Notes under the pieces: model-generated
Told to the model about the DNA's origin: nothing
Database searches by the model: none
What the model saw: only the letters and a program-made list of their open reading frames with translations
Translations under genes and position numbers: made by a program
In this document: one piece after another, positions 9,915 through 19,200 of the stretch
How the letters are laid out: each line of letters starts with the position of its first letter
Numbering within the stretch: the stretch's first letter is position 1
Origin: a virus
Lineage: Duplodnaviria > Heunggongvirae > Uroviricota > Caudoviricetes
Virus record (IMG/VR): IMGVR_UViG_3300034279_001376
Location: 1-44,775 of that record
Direction: 5' to 3' (one strand)
DNA length: 44,775 nucleotides

Positions 9915-10286
9915 TTAACTGATTGTGATTATAGCACCCGTAAGAGTACCAGCATTAATAGTTACGGTGTTGGCAGTTTCAAGAGTAACAGTGGTTAATA
10001 CTTGAAGACCTGCTGATGTCCTTACTTCCACATTCGTAATAAAAGGACTTGGAAGATTCAGGTTATGTGTGATTAACACTGAACCTGTTAAATTCTGGGT
10101 CACTCTGAATTTACGATTTGCTGAAAGTAAAGTACAACAATCTTTACTTGGGTTTGTTGCCAAACCTTTAGCAAGAACAAAATCTACTAATGCTCTTTCT
10201 AAGTCTAAGCCCGGAAGATTTAATCCGGGTTGTTTGAATGCGTAATTACCTTGCTTAATTACGACTTTATAGCCTGCATTTGCCAT
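9915..10286 (-). CDS. ~123-aa small tail-associated protein
   Basis: The ORF track starts at a TTG (10322) lying inside a hairpin; the ATG at 10286 (MANAGYKVV) aligns with the N-terminus of the 561-aa protein. The C-terminal 'ITHNLN...VEV...G' beta-rich segment resembles small phage fibre domains. Confidence 0.65.
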   Translation of the reverse strand: MANAGYKVVIKQGNYAFKQPGLNLPGLDLERALVDFVLAKGLATNPSKDCCTLLSANRKFRVTQNLTGSVLITHNLNLPSPFITNVEVRTSAGLQVLTTVTLETANTVTINAGTLTGAIITIS

Positions 10287-10311
10287 AACTGTGTGTTGTT
10301 TGTTTGTACAA

Positions 10312-10347
10312 CTTCTACGCAAATATACTAAGATACTTACGTAGAAG
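10312..10347 (-). promoter_or_regulatory. 15-bp hairpin containing a Bacteroidota sigma70-type -7 box (TATATTTG, 10320-10327) upstream of the tail-fibre module
   Basis: The minus strand reads CTTCTACGTAAGTAT-CTTAGT-ATATTTGCGTAGAAG: 15 pairs including two G-U wobbles and a 6-nt loop. TATATTTG matches TAnnTTTG. No clear TTTG -33 box at the expected spacing. Confidence 0.45.
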
Positions 10348-10403
10348 AAGTTTGGTTTAACTAATAAAATTAGTTATTATTTATTTTTTATTGTTAATTA
10401 CTA

Positions 10404-13400
10404 TTACTTAGCAAAAGATTGTGTGCTTTGTATTTTATATTCTGGACTTCCTAAATATAAAATGGCATCATAGTGCATGAGTTTTTTTAGTCTGTGTCCT
10501 AATTTGGAGTCTCCCTCTTCTATAAAATAAGCCTTCATGTCTGCGTCATAATAAGCATCTTCATTGTTAAAGACGTGTGTAAATGAGGCATCTATTAATT
10601 TCTTTCCTTGTTCAAATAATCCAAATCCCATAAAAGGCTCTTTTACGAAATTATAAGTCTCGTTAAAAAGAGGGGGAATCATGGATTCCTGAGTGTTAAG
10701 TAAAGGTATGATAGAAGCAGCATCTGTTTCTTTCTTTGCAGCAAGCATGGTCATAAGAGAAAAATTAGTTGCCCAACTGTTTTCTTTTAACTTGTCATTT
10801 TTTTCTTCATCGTCATCATCATACCCAAATAAGAAAGTGATTAAAAGATAAGTGCTTAACATAGTAATTAACTCGCGTGTCATTTTTCTTCTTGCCACTA
10901 TCTCAAGTGGAGACATTGCTACACCTGAAAATCTACCATTATCAAGATAACTCAAGACTTCTAAGAGAAACCGTTTGAAAGTAGTAACATAAAACCCTTC
11001 TATATCATTCCCCATTACTAGGTTTTTCCGTTTTCCCACGAATCTTTCCCGCAGTTTGGGAATGAAATATTTTTTAAAAAACTCAAAATTTCTCCATATA
11101 GTGAATCTTTGAGCCACAGTGGAGTTGAATTGTTTTCCTTGCACATGCTCTGTGATTACTTTGGTTTTCAAGACCAACTCATTGATGTAGTCTTGATTTA
11201 CTACTTTGTCCCCGTCTTTAGCCTCCTTAATTTTTAACACTCCATTGTCTAAATAAAAAACATCATATAATGGTTTTTCTACTCCATCTATCATTACTTT
11301 TTTGTGGAACAAATGAGCGTAAAGTAAAGTGGTAGTGACTGAAAATTCAGCAGCCTCAGAACTTATGTACTTGAATTTTCCAAATGGATCAAGTTGTCTT
11401 TTTAAGGCAGTCTTACTAAACAAGTCAGTTACATTTTGTGACATAGACAAGTTGAATAGTGTAACAATTTGAAAGTCAAGGCTTTTCTTTTGGTTTCCTA
11501 ATTCACTTATAAACGGAATGAAAGAAGTCTTTGCAGATTTCATGGCTTTCATTATACTCCTAGAGTCTGCCCAATCTGCATCCACAGAAATAATGTTGGT
11601 GAGCATGCCTTGAATGTAGTTCTTTAGGGAGTTGGCCGGGTTAATAATAGATTGAGAAAACAGTGAAGTCCAGTTTCTCATCATTAAGGTAGCCTTGTCC
11701 AAACCTCTTCCTAGTTCGTAATCCTTGACATCTCCATACAATTTGGTTTTCTTGATGTTTTGGATTACTTCTAATCTCCGATTCTTGCCTGTTTTGACCC
11801 TTCTACCACCAGTACCTAAAAGGTCTTTTTCAAAAGGATTAAACTGCTCTAATAGTTGTTCTAAAAGATTAAGTTCTGGAACATTACCTATTAATGCTTT
11901 GGTTCTTTCTAGTCCTTCTGAATAGTTAAGCACCGATGTTAACACATCTCTGGTCACATCCTTCTCTTCTATGTAATTTTTATAAGGAGTGTGAATACTA
12001 GAAATCTTGTTCCCTAAAAGATCAGTCTGGACTTCTCTTTGAGCCTTAGTCTCTAATCCCACAAATGCTCTTAATCTGTCTGCAAACTTACTCCTTAAAG
12101 GCGTGGCATTTTCTTCACCACTTTCTACCGGGTTTATGTTTTCAGTAAATGACTTCCATAAAGAGGCTAGCCCACCACCATCAGTAAATGTCTTGTGCAT
12201 AAACGGGGCTTTATAACCCATACGTGTGTTTTTAGGGGCATCTTTTTGAACCTTACGGTAAAAATCTACCAACTTTTTGTGGTATGCTCTGTCCGAAGCA
12301 TTCATGCTATAATATGCTTCGTTCCTAAACTCGTCAGATTTTGGCAACCATTGCTCGGTTACATCATCCCAAGTATTTTCATTCTTCTCTGTCTTGATCT
12401 GAAAAAATTCTACCCTGTCCTCAAACTCTACTACTACGTTATCTTTTATCTTTCGGTTGGAGTATTTCTGGTTAGGGATCAAAAGAATATCCTCGGTGTT
12501 GTTTGGGGTTATTTTCATCCAAATATAAGTAGGTTTATAATCCACTACGACTTCACCATCCTCCTCGTATTCCTTCATAAAATGGTTCGTGTTAAACCAG
12601 TCTAAGAAATCTTGAGGAGCAGTTTGCAAAAAGGTCTGAAATTTAGAACTTCTTACCAAGGCTAGAAAGTCTTCATTTTCAAATACTCTTCCTAATTCTT
12701 TTGGGTAGATCTTTTCTAATTTAGCAAACATTACTTCATTATAATAGTCAGTGGGCTGCTTGCTTTGAAGATCACTCAACTCTTCAATAACCTTTATAAT
12801 TTTTTTTCTCAAGGCTTTAGCAACATCACTGTCTAAACTTGAACTCTGCTCCTTTATTAGAGCCTTTAGGATATTAATTTCGGTTTCTGCTTGCTTTATT
12901 AACTCTTGATGTTCGAGTGAGGAGTCAGAAGCATCAAATACTCCATTCTCGTCTCGAAGGGAAGATGAAATGTTGAATAGTTCCTCCCAAGAACTTTGCA
13001 AAGCCTTGTTGGATTCTTCTAGTGCTTCTTGTTGATCCTTAGAGAGTAAGGCTCCTAGTTGACTGATTGCTCCTTTTAAGTCGTCTATAATCTTTTTCCT
13101 ATTCTCATAAAATGATTCCGAGTAAGTAAATTTCGTGTTCAATTCTACCCAGTCTATAAAAGTTTGTGGAGCACGGGCTTCTGCTAATGCTTTTAACTCA
13201 TTCAACCATAACGGGTTGTTAGTGTCTAAAAGATCAGACAAGTCCCTTTGAAGGTCTAAGTCTGCCAATTGACTAATCCTTTCATTGAGATCCTTTAAAA
13301 ACCGTTTATTGTCTATTTTATAATCATACAATTGGCGGTCTATAATATGTTTTCTTTTTAAGACATCAGAAATTCTTTTGTCTTTTTCTGGGTCATTATT

Positions 13401-16256
13401 GACTTCTTTATTCCGGTTTGTCTCTACATCAAAAGGATTTCTTAGATTCTTGATCCTGTTTTCTATATTTGTGATCTTAGCCTGTAATATAATTTGTTCT
13501 TCTTTTTCTATGTGGGGTTGTTTCAACTCGGCAACTAAAGATTTCTTTTCATCCCATAATCTTTCTTGTGCTTCTAATGCTCTGTCAAAATCTTCACCTA
13601 CCAGCCCGAATTTCTCGTATATTTCCCAAGTTTCTGTTTGGAACTCACGATTCCAGTTTGCTTTTTCCCAAGCCTTAAATTCCTTAAATGCTTCTTCGTA
13701 AACTCTATGAGCCTCTAGTGTTTCAGGAGTGTCCTCCCCCAAAGCCTTGGCCTCATAGAATTTCTTTCTTAACTGTTCTACCTCAAATTCTTTGGCTCTT
13801 CTTACCCATACGTTTTTATGTGGACTATGAAACATCAAGACATCTCTTTGGTCCATAGTGCCATCCTCTTTAATGTAATTTTCTTTGTCTATGCCTGTGA
13901 TTCTGGCTCCTACTGCTTCATTGTTTTCCTTAGTTCCTAAGTCATTGATTAACTCAACACTGTTGGCTAGGGAAACTTGGTTGGCTCCTATAATAGACCT
14001 TTCTACTACTGTGGAAACAGTCTGAATTAAATCATCCCCGATAAATAAAGAGTTTTCAAAGTAAGCACTCATTGCCACATCACCCTCTAAACCAAAGATA
14101 ATATTGGCTAATTTTTGAGGTGTTATAATTGCCTCATCATATTCTTCTTGAGTAATTTGTCCTGCCCTTAAAGCAGCCATTTTACCCACGTTGTAATCTT
14201 TGCCCACATCTGCCAATTGAGTGGTGAGTAAATCCACGGAAAGTTTGTTAATTCTTTCCTTGGAGATTCTAAGAGCAGTTCCTAAAGCAGCAAACCTTTC
14301 CTTGAGAACCTTGGTTTCTTGAAAGTCAGGATGAGAAAGGATAGGTTGAATGCTTTTTAACCAGTCTTCCCATTGAAGAATCATTCTCATTAAAACAGCA
14401 GCATCTTTGATTCCTTTATTCACGTCTTCTTTACTCCCTTCTAAGAGAGTTCTCAAATATTGAAAGTCGGCCTTGTTTGCATTCTCCCAAAAAAGAGTAG
14501 TAGAGCCTATTGAATTTACAAAGTTTAAAAGCCCTTGTGAAAACTCTACTGAATTTTCCTCAAGTTGGCGTATGATTTGTCTGGCTCTGTCAATAGGAAT
14601 GGTGAGGTTTCCAAATTTGTCTTTAAATAAGTCTGAGAGTCCATCTGCTCCTTCCTCATTTGCATCTTCGTTCTCTATTCGATTTACTATCCGAGAAATT
14701 AACTTTAAAGCAGGTTTAGCCAAGTTCACTATATTGTCAGGGGATAATTTTTTAAACTCTTCTAGGACAACCTCACTGAACTCTTTTGCTTCTGCCTCGA
14801 TTGCTCTTCTTTTCATCATCTCCCCGTAATCAGTGTACTTTACTTTTCCATTGTTATAGTAAACAAAGTCAGTGTCAGTGCCTGAGAAGTCCTTGGTGTT
14901 ATCCACTACTAAAGTATTTCCTTTCTTTTCTTGTTCTACTATGTCAAGTTTGGAAACAGGGTCCATTATGAAAGTACCATCTTCTGACTCTAGCATGTCT
15001 TCTTGACGAGTAGAAACTAACTTGACAGGTCCAAATTCATTTTCTAATCTGTCCCTTAATTCTTGGGTGATTTCACCACTCGTAAAGAATACAAATTTAC
15101 TGGATCCTACTATTTTGATTTTGTCCTTGAGTTCCCTGCCTAGTTTTGTTAAACGGGAATTAGTGTAATATTTTTTGAGGTCTTCACTGTTAGGTATTGA
15201 CCACATTCTACCCTTGATTGCTTTTCCGGGGATAATCTTTTCAGGGTCTCTTCGAGACGGTCTGTCTGGAATAGTATAGTTCTTTAAGTCAAGGAGTGAA
15301 TCATTCACATTGATTAAGACAGTATCGTAATCTCCCAAATCTTTGTTTAAAGTTTGGAATTGTCTGAAATCACTCAAGTCGTGAATTTGATACATAGTAT
15401 CCGATAACATAGCATTCGAGTAGAGTAACTCGGTTGTTTCAAGACTTAAAATTCTCATTGCTGCTTGATTAAAAGGATTCTTTAAACCCTTAACCCGTAG
15501 TATGATGTTTTGAATTATAGACCTCATTTTATTCCACAGATCAGGGGAACCAGAATAATACGCAGCCAAGGCTTTATTGTGGGTGTAAAGCGAGACTAAC
15601 TTGGCCATAGCCTCTCTTTTTAATTTTTCGTAGTTTCCCTTGTACTCAGGATGACTCCCATATTCCTTGAGGACATGTTGGTACATCTTGGTCATGGTAA
15701 TGCTGGATTCCATTTCTTTGTACAATTTGCTCCCTTTGTCTAACATTTCTACAAACACGTGAGCAACCTCTTCTGGAATTGCAGACTCATTGCCTCGTTT
15801 AATCTGAATCAGAAATTCATTCAACTTAGTGACAGCACCTACACTAATACCTTGGTTGTCATTCAATTCATCCAAAGTTTCTAACCTGAAATCTGGGTTC
15901 ACTCGCAGTAAAAAATTTCTTAACGTGTCAAGTATAGGTTCTGGTACAGTACTAAATGGTTCCGGGTTTAACTGGTAGTTCGAGGAATTAACTATTTTCT
16001 GCTCCTCCAAGTTATCAGGGTAATTTATTCCCTTGTGAGCATCTATTAATCTGAATGCACTTTCATTAAAAATAACTTTACCGTTTTCCTCAAACATAAG
16101 TTTAGGAGTGCCAAACCTGCTGGTAGCATTTTCGGAGTATAACCTGTTCACTTTTCTGAACTCATTTAGGTTCAGAATGTTGTTCCATTTATCTATAACA
16201 CCATTTGTAACTAGGTGTGCTTTAGTTTTTGCTCTTGTTGTTGTTACGTTACACAT
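10404..16256 (-). CDS. 1950-aa giant virion cargo/ejection protein with a degenerate zincin-like motif
   Basis: Long, helical and charged. Immediately follows the RNAP gene, as in the giant-gene cluster of crAss-like phages. 'IPEEVAH' at 15759-15773; hydrophobic 'LITMLSTYLLITFLFGY' near the C-terminus. Ends in three consecutive in-frame stops (TAA TAG TAA). Confidence 0.65.
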   Translation of the reverse strand: MCNVTTTRAKTKAHLVTNGVIDKWNNILNLNEFRKVNRLYSENATSRFGTPKLMFEENGKVIFNESAFRLIDAHKGINYPDNLEEQKIVNSSNYQLNPEPFSTVPEPILDTLRNFLLRVNPDFRLETLDELNDNQGISVGAVTKLNEFLIQIKRGNESAIPEEVAHVFVEMLDKGSKLYKEMESSITMTKMYQHVLKEYGSHPEYKGNYEKLKREAMAKLVSLYTHNKALAAYYSGSPDLWNKMRSIIQNIILRVKGLKNPFNQAAMRILSLETTELLYSNAMLSDTMYQIHDLSDFRQFQTLNKDLGDYDTVLINVNDSLLDLKNYTIPDRPSRRDPEKIIPGKAIKGRMWSIPNSEDLKKYYTNSRLTKLGRELKDKIKIVGSSKFVFFTSGEITQELRDRLENEFGPVKLVSTRQEDMLESEDGTFIMDPVSKLDIVEQEKKGNTLVVDNTKDFSGTDTDFVYYNNGKVKYTDYGEMMKRRAIEAEAKEFSEVVLEEFKKLSPDNIVNLAKPALKLISRIVNRIENEDANEEGADGLSDLFKDKFGNLTIPIDRARQIIRQLEENSVEFSQGLLNFVNSIGSTTLFWENANKADFQYLRTLLEGSKEDVNKGIKDAAVLMRMILQWEDWLKSIQPILSHPDFQETKVLKERFAALGTALRISKERINKLSVDLLTTQLADVGKDYNVGKMAALRAGQITQEEYDEAIITPQKLANIIFGLEGDVAMSAYFENSLFIGDDLIQTVSTVVERSIIGANQVSLANSVELINDLGTKENNEAVGARITGIDKENYIKEDGTMDQRDVLMFHSPHKNVWVRRAKEFEVEQLRKKFYEAKALGEDTPETLEAHRVYEEAFKEFKAWEKANWNREFQTETWEIYEKFGLVGEDFDRALEAQERLWDEKKSLVAELKQPHIEKEEQIILQAKITNIENRIKNLRNPFDVETNRNKEVNNDPEKDKRISDVLKRKHIIDRQLYDYKIDNKRFLKDLNERISQLADLDLQRDLSDLLDTNNPLWLNELKALAEARAPQTFIDWVELNTKFTYSESFYENRKKIIDDLKGAISQLGALLSKDQQEALEESNKALQSSWEELFNISSSLRDENGVFDASDSSLEHQELIKQAETEINILKALIKEQSSSLDSDVAKALRKKIIKVIEELSDLQSKQPTDYYNEVMFAKLEKIYPKELGRVFENEDFLALVRSSKFQTFLQTAPQDFLDWFNTNHFMKEYEEDGEVVVDYKPTYIWMKITPNNTEDILLIPNQKYSNRKIKDNVVVEFEDRVEFFQIKTEKNENTWDDVTEQWLPKSDEFRNEAYYSMNASDRAYHKKLVDFYRKVQKDAPKNTRMGYKAPFMHKTFTDGGGLASLWKSFTENINPVESGEENATPLRSKFADRLRAFVGLETKAQREVQTDLLGNKISSIHTPYKNYIEEKDVTRDVLTSVLNYSEGLERTKALIGNVPELNLLEQLLEQFNPFEKDLLGTGGRRVKTGKNRRLEVIQNIKKTKLYGDVKDYELGRGLDKATLMMRNWTSLFSQSIINPANSLKNYIQGMLTNIISVDADWADSRSIMKAMKSAKTSFIPFISELGNQKKSLDFQIVTLFNLSMSQNVTDLFSKTALKRQLDPFGKFKYISSEAAEFSVTTTLLYAHLFHKKVMIDGVEKPLYDVFYLDNGVLKIKEAKDGDKVVNQDYINELVLKTKVITEHVQGKQFNSTVAQRFTIWRNFEFFKKYFIPKLRERFVGKRKNLVMGNDIEGFYVTTFKRFLLEVLSYLDNGRFSGVAMSPLEIVARRKMTRELITMLSTYLLITFLFGYDDDDEEKNDKLKENSWATNFSLMTMLAAKKETDAASIIPLLNTQESMIPPLFNETYNFVKEPFMGFGLFEQGKKLIDASFTHVFNNEDAYYDADMKAYFIEEGDSKLGHRLKKLMHYDAILYLGSPEYKIQSTQSFAK

Positions 16257-16258
16257 AT

Positions 16259-19200
16259 TTAAAATGGTATGTTATTGTTAGGTTTGCCTTTAATTGCGCA
16301 CAAATCTACGACTTTATCATCTAATAAAGGAGAACTAATTTCAGACCTTAAAGCAGTCTCTATTCTTTTCTGTTCTGAAATCCAATATGCACTTGGAGAC
16401 TTATTCTCAGAAATAAAATCTATTACGTCATCTACTGTAAATCCTAACTTATAAGTGTCATTCAAGTCCTCAAGATAGAGATCAAGTGATTGACCTTTGT
16501 TGGATACGTAATTAATTCCTCTTTCTTGTAACCAGTTTTTATCAAAGTTACGTTTAAAAGTTTCTGCTGTTAACCTTACTCCTTTTTTCCCTCCAAAATC
16601 AGAAGCAAGAATATCAGTTTTACTTTGAGGAAACCTTTGTCTTTCTTCTATTTGTTCAAATGAAATTTTAGATATTTCTTTTTCTGTTAAAGGGGAATTT
16701 TCAAAAGAAGGTTTAATCCCCAAGGTTTGCTTTACTGCATTCCAAGAAAACACATTTTGATTTGTCACAGATACTGGTTCAACACTAGGAGTGTTTACAG
16801 AATTATTAAATATTTCTTTGATTGCTTGCTTACCTGCTTCATTAATTTCACGAGTACCAATACCTGCAAATTTTTTAGTCAATACTGGTGTAGGTACTGA
16901 AACAAATTTTTCAGTGCTGTAATCCCACTTGTACCAACCAACACTTGCTTTGTTGTCAGAATTAGTACCTTGGTGAAACACATAAACAGGTTTTCCTAAA
17001 TTAATAGCCATTTGTACTGCATAACCTGTACCACCATCAACTATTTCTTTACTAGATTTGCTGGTGTATCTGGTACCTTTGGATGCTTTACCTTTTTCTC
17101 CAACTCCAATTATATCACTTATTGCAAAAATAGCATCTGCTGCTTTTGCCTGTAAATAATCCCTTCTTACTAAACCACCCACATAATCTTCTCTTTGAGG
17201 ACTAACCCAGTTGTAAGACAGAGTTTTTCTACCCAAATCATCTTTTGCTTTCAAATAAGCAGACTCCACTTCTTCTTGTTGAGGCTTAGTTAATGAGTTT
17301 AAAGTTTCAACTTTATAATTGACTGTTTTACCTACTCCAAATTCTTTACTTTGTGCAGCCCACAGTTTATCAGCACCGATTGCATCACCTGAGTATAAAG
17401 TATGCTCGGTGTAATTAGTTGATTTAGGTGTAATTTCAATGGTAACAGGTATGCTTTGGACTTGCTCGTTAAAATCAAACTGGTATTTCATAAATCTGAA
17501 ATTCCTTTTGTCAAACATTGCTTTAACCGCATTAACACCAGCAGGATTATACTCTTTGACAAAAGAACTACCAAATTCTAATACTCGGTTTTGTAAAAAC
17601 TTCTGCCAGAATTTATTGATGAACTCTTGTTTCTGTTTCTCACCTAGTCTAGTGAACTTTGTGTAAGCCTCGGAAGTGATTGCAGTAATCATACTTGGAG
17701 GAATACCCTTTAACATATACAACTTACTCTGGTTGAAACCACTCTGAAAGAAGGCAACCCTAACCAGATCTTTAGCAAATTGTGCTTGATCTGGTGTTCC
17801 GTTTAGTAAATTTTGGATGTCTTGAGCGAGTGTGTCATAAGTATCCGTGTCATTGTCTAAGCCTACAAAATACATAGGATTTACAAAATCTTCGTACCTG
17901 TCTGCAATTAACTTAGAACCTAATACTGTGTCTTTTAATTCCGGGTACTTTTCTTTTAAATTCGCCCAAGTATCCATTAGTGGGCCAGTCATTAGATTCT
18001 GAACCTCTACCAGATCTTCATTTCCTAAATTCTGAATAATGGCCATTAAGAAGTCATTGTCAATAACCCTTACGAATTTCTCTTTATCACTTTTAACTCC
18101 TAGCCCTTTTTGGGTCACAAAATCTACAAATACTTTATCGTTTTTGATTCCAAAAGCAGCCTCGGATATTAACTTAAACTCTTCGTGGACATTCAAGTGG
18201 GAAATTACAGAATCATTGTGAATTTTATCAGAGGATTCAAGGCTGAAAAGTCCATCAACTTCTACATCAGGATTTTCTTCTTGGATGTTACTCATTTTGT
18301 AAGAAGGGTTAGTACTGGTGTCAAAGTTATTTTTGCTTTGGACTTTACGCAGTGCATCTGCTTGTGCTAAGCCCACAAGATAATACACTAGGACTTCTTT
18401 GTTGAAAGTTGACCTAGAACCAAGAGGTTGTATTTCCCTCAAGTTCAAAGGATTAGAGTAACCTATGCGTTTAATGTCTTCCCATATTTTTTTGTTGGAC
18501 TTGGGAAATGTTCCGTCTTGAGTGACTATTACAGGGTCTATTTCTAACAGTTCAAGCATGGCTTCTTTTTTAGCCTCTCCTCTTGAATAACCCTTTCCTA
18601 CCAATACGTTTATTTTTTGGTGGTACGTGTAAATCTCAGGCTGGTGAAGAAGTTTAAGAACTTTTGGTAAAGGAGTTCCAAGCATAGTCTGAAACATCAC
18701 AAATCCTGTATTGTCTGAGATAAGATTCGTGTAACCTGCAATGTCATTAGAAGCAGCATCCACTGTGATATTGATGAACTGGTTAATGATCTCTAACTTA
18801 TCTAACGTAGTTCTCTCTTTGTCAATGATAAAAGGGTCTGAAATTTTTACCAATTTTTGTTCTTCCTCGGTCAACAAAGGTACATTAAACTCAAAGCCTA
18901 CTTCATTGATAGTCAAAAAACTATTGAGTTTAAAATCTACTGTTTGCATTAACGTGTAGAAAGTGTTTGCAACAGCACCTATCCCTAAGAGGTCTTTAAT
19001 CTTAACTGCTTTCCATTTCTTTAAGTGAGTAGTGTAACTGAACACTCTACTCAATTGAGGCTCTGCATTTACCTTACCTACACCCGGATACAATTTAGCA
19101 GTCACTTCTTCTACTGCACCCTTGATAAGAGCATCAGTATTGGGGGTGATTAACCTGTGGAAATTGACAGGATTCAAAACTATGTCTTTGCTTGCTTCTA

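Noticed and set aside
10312-10376. Rho-independent terminator
   Set aside because: No adequate U-tract follows either hairpin on the coding strand.
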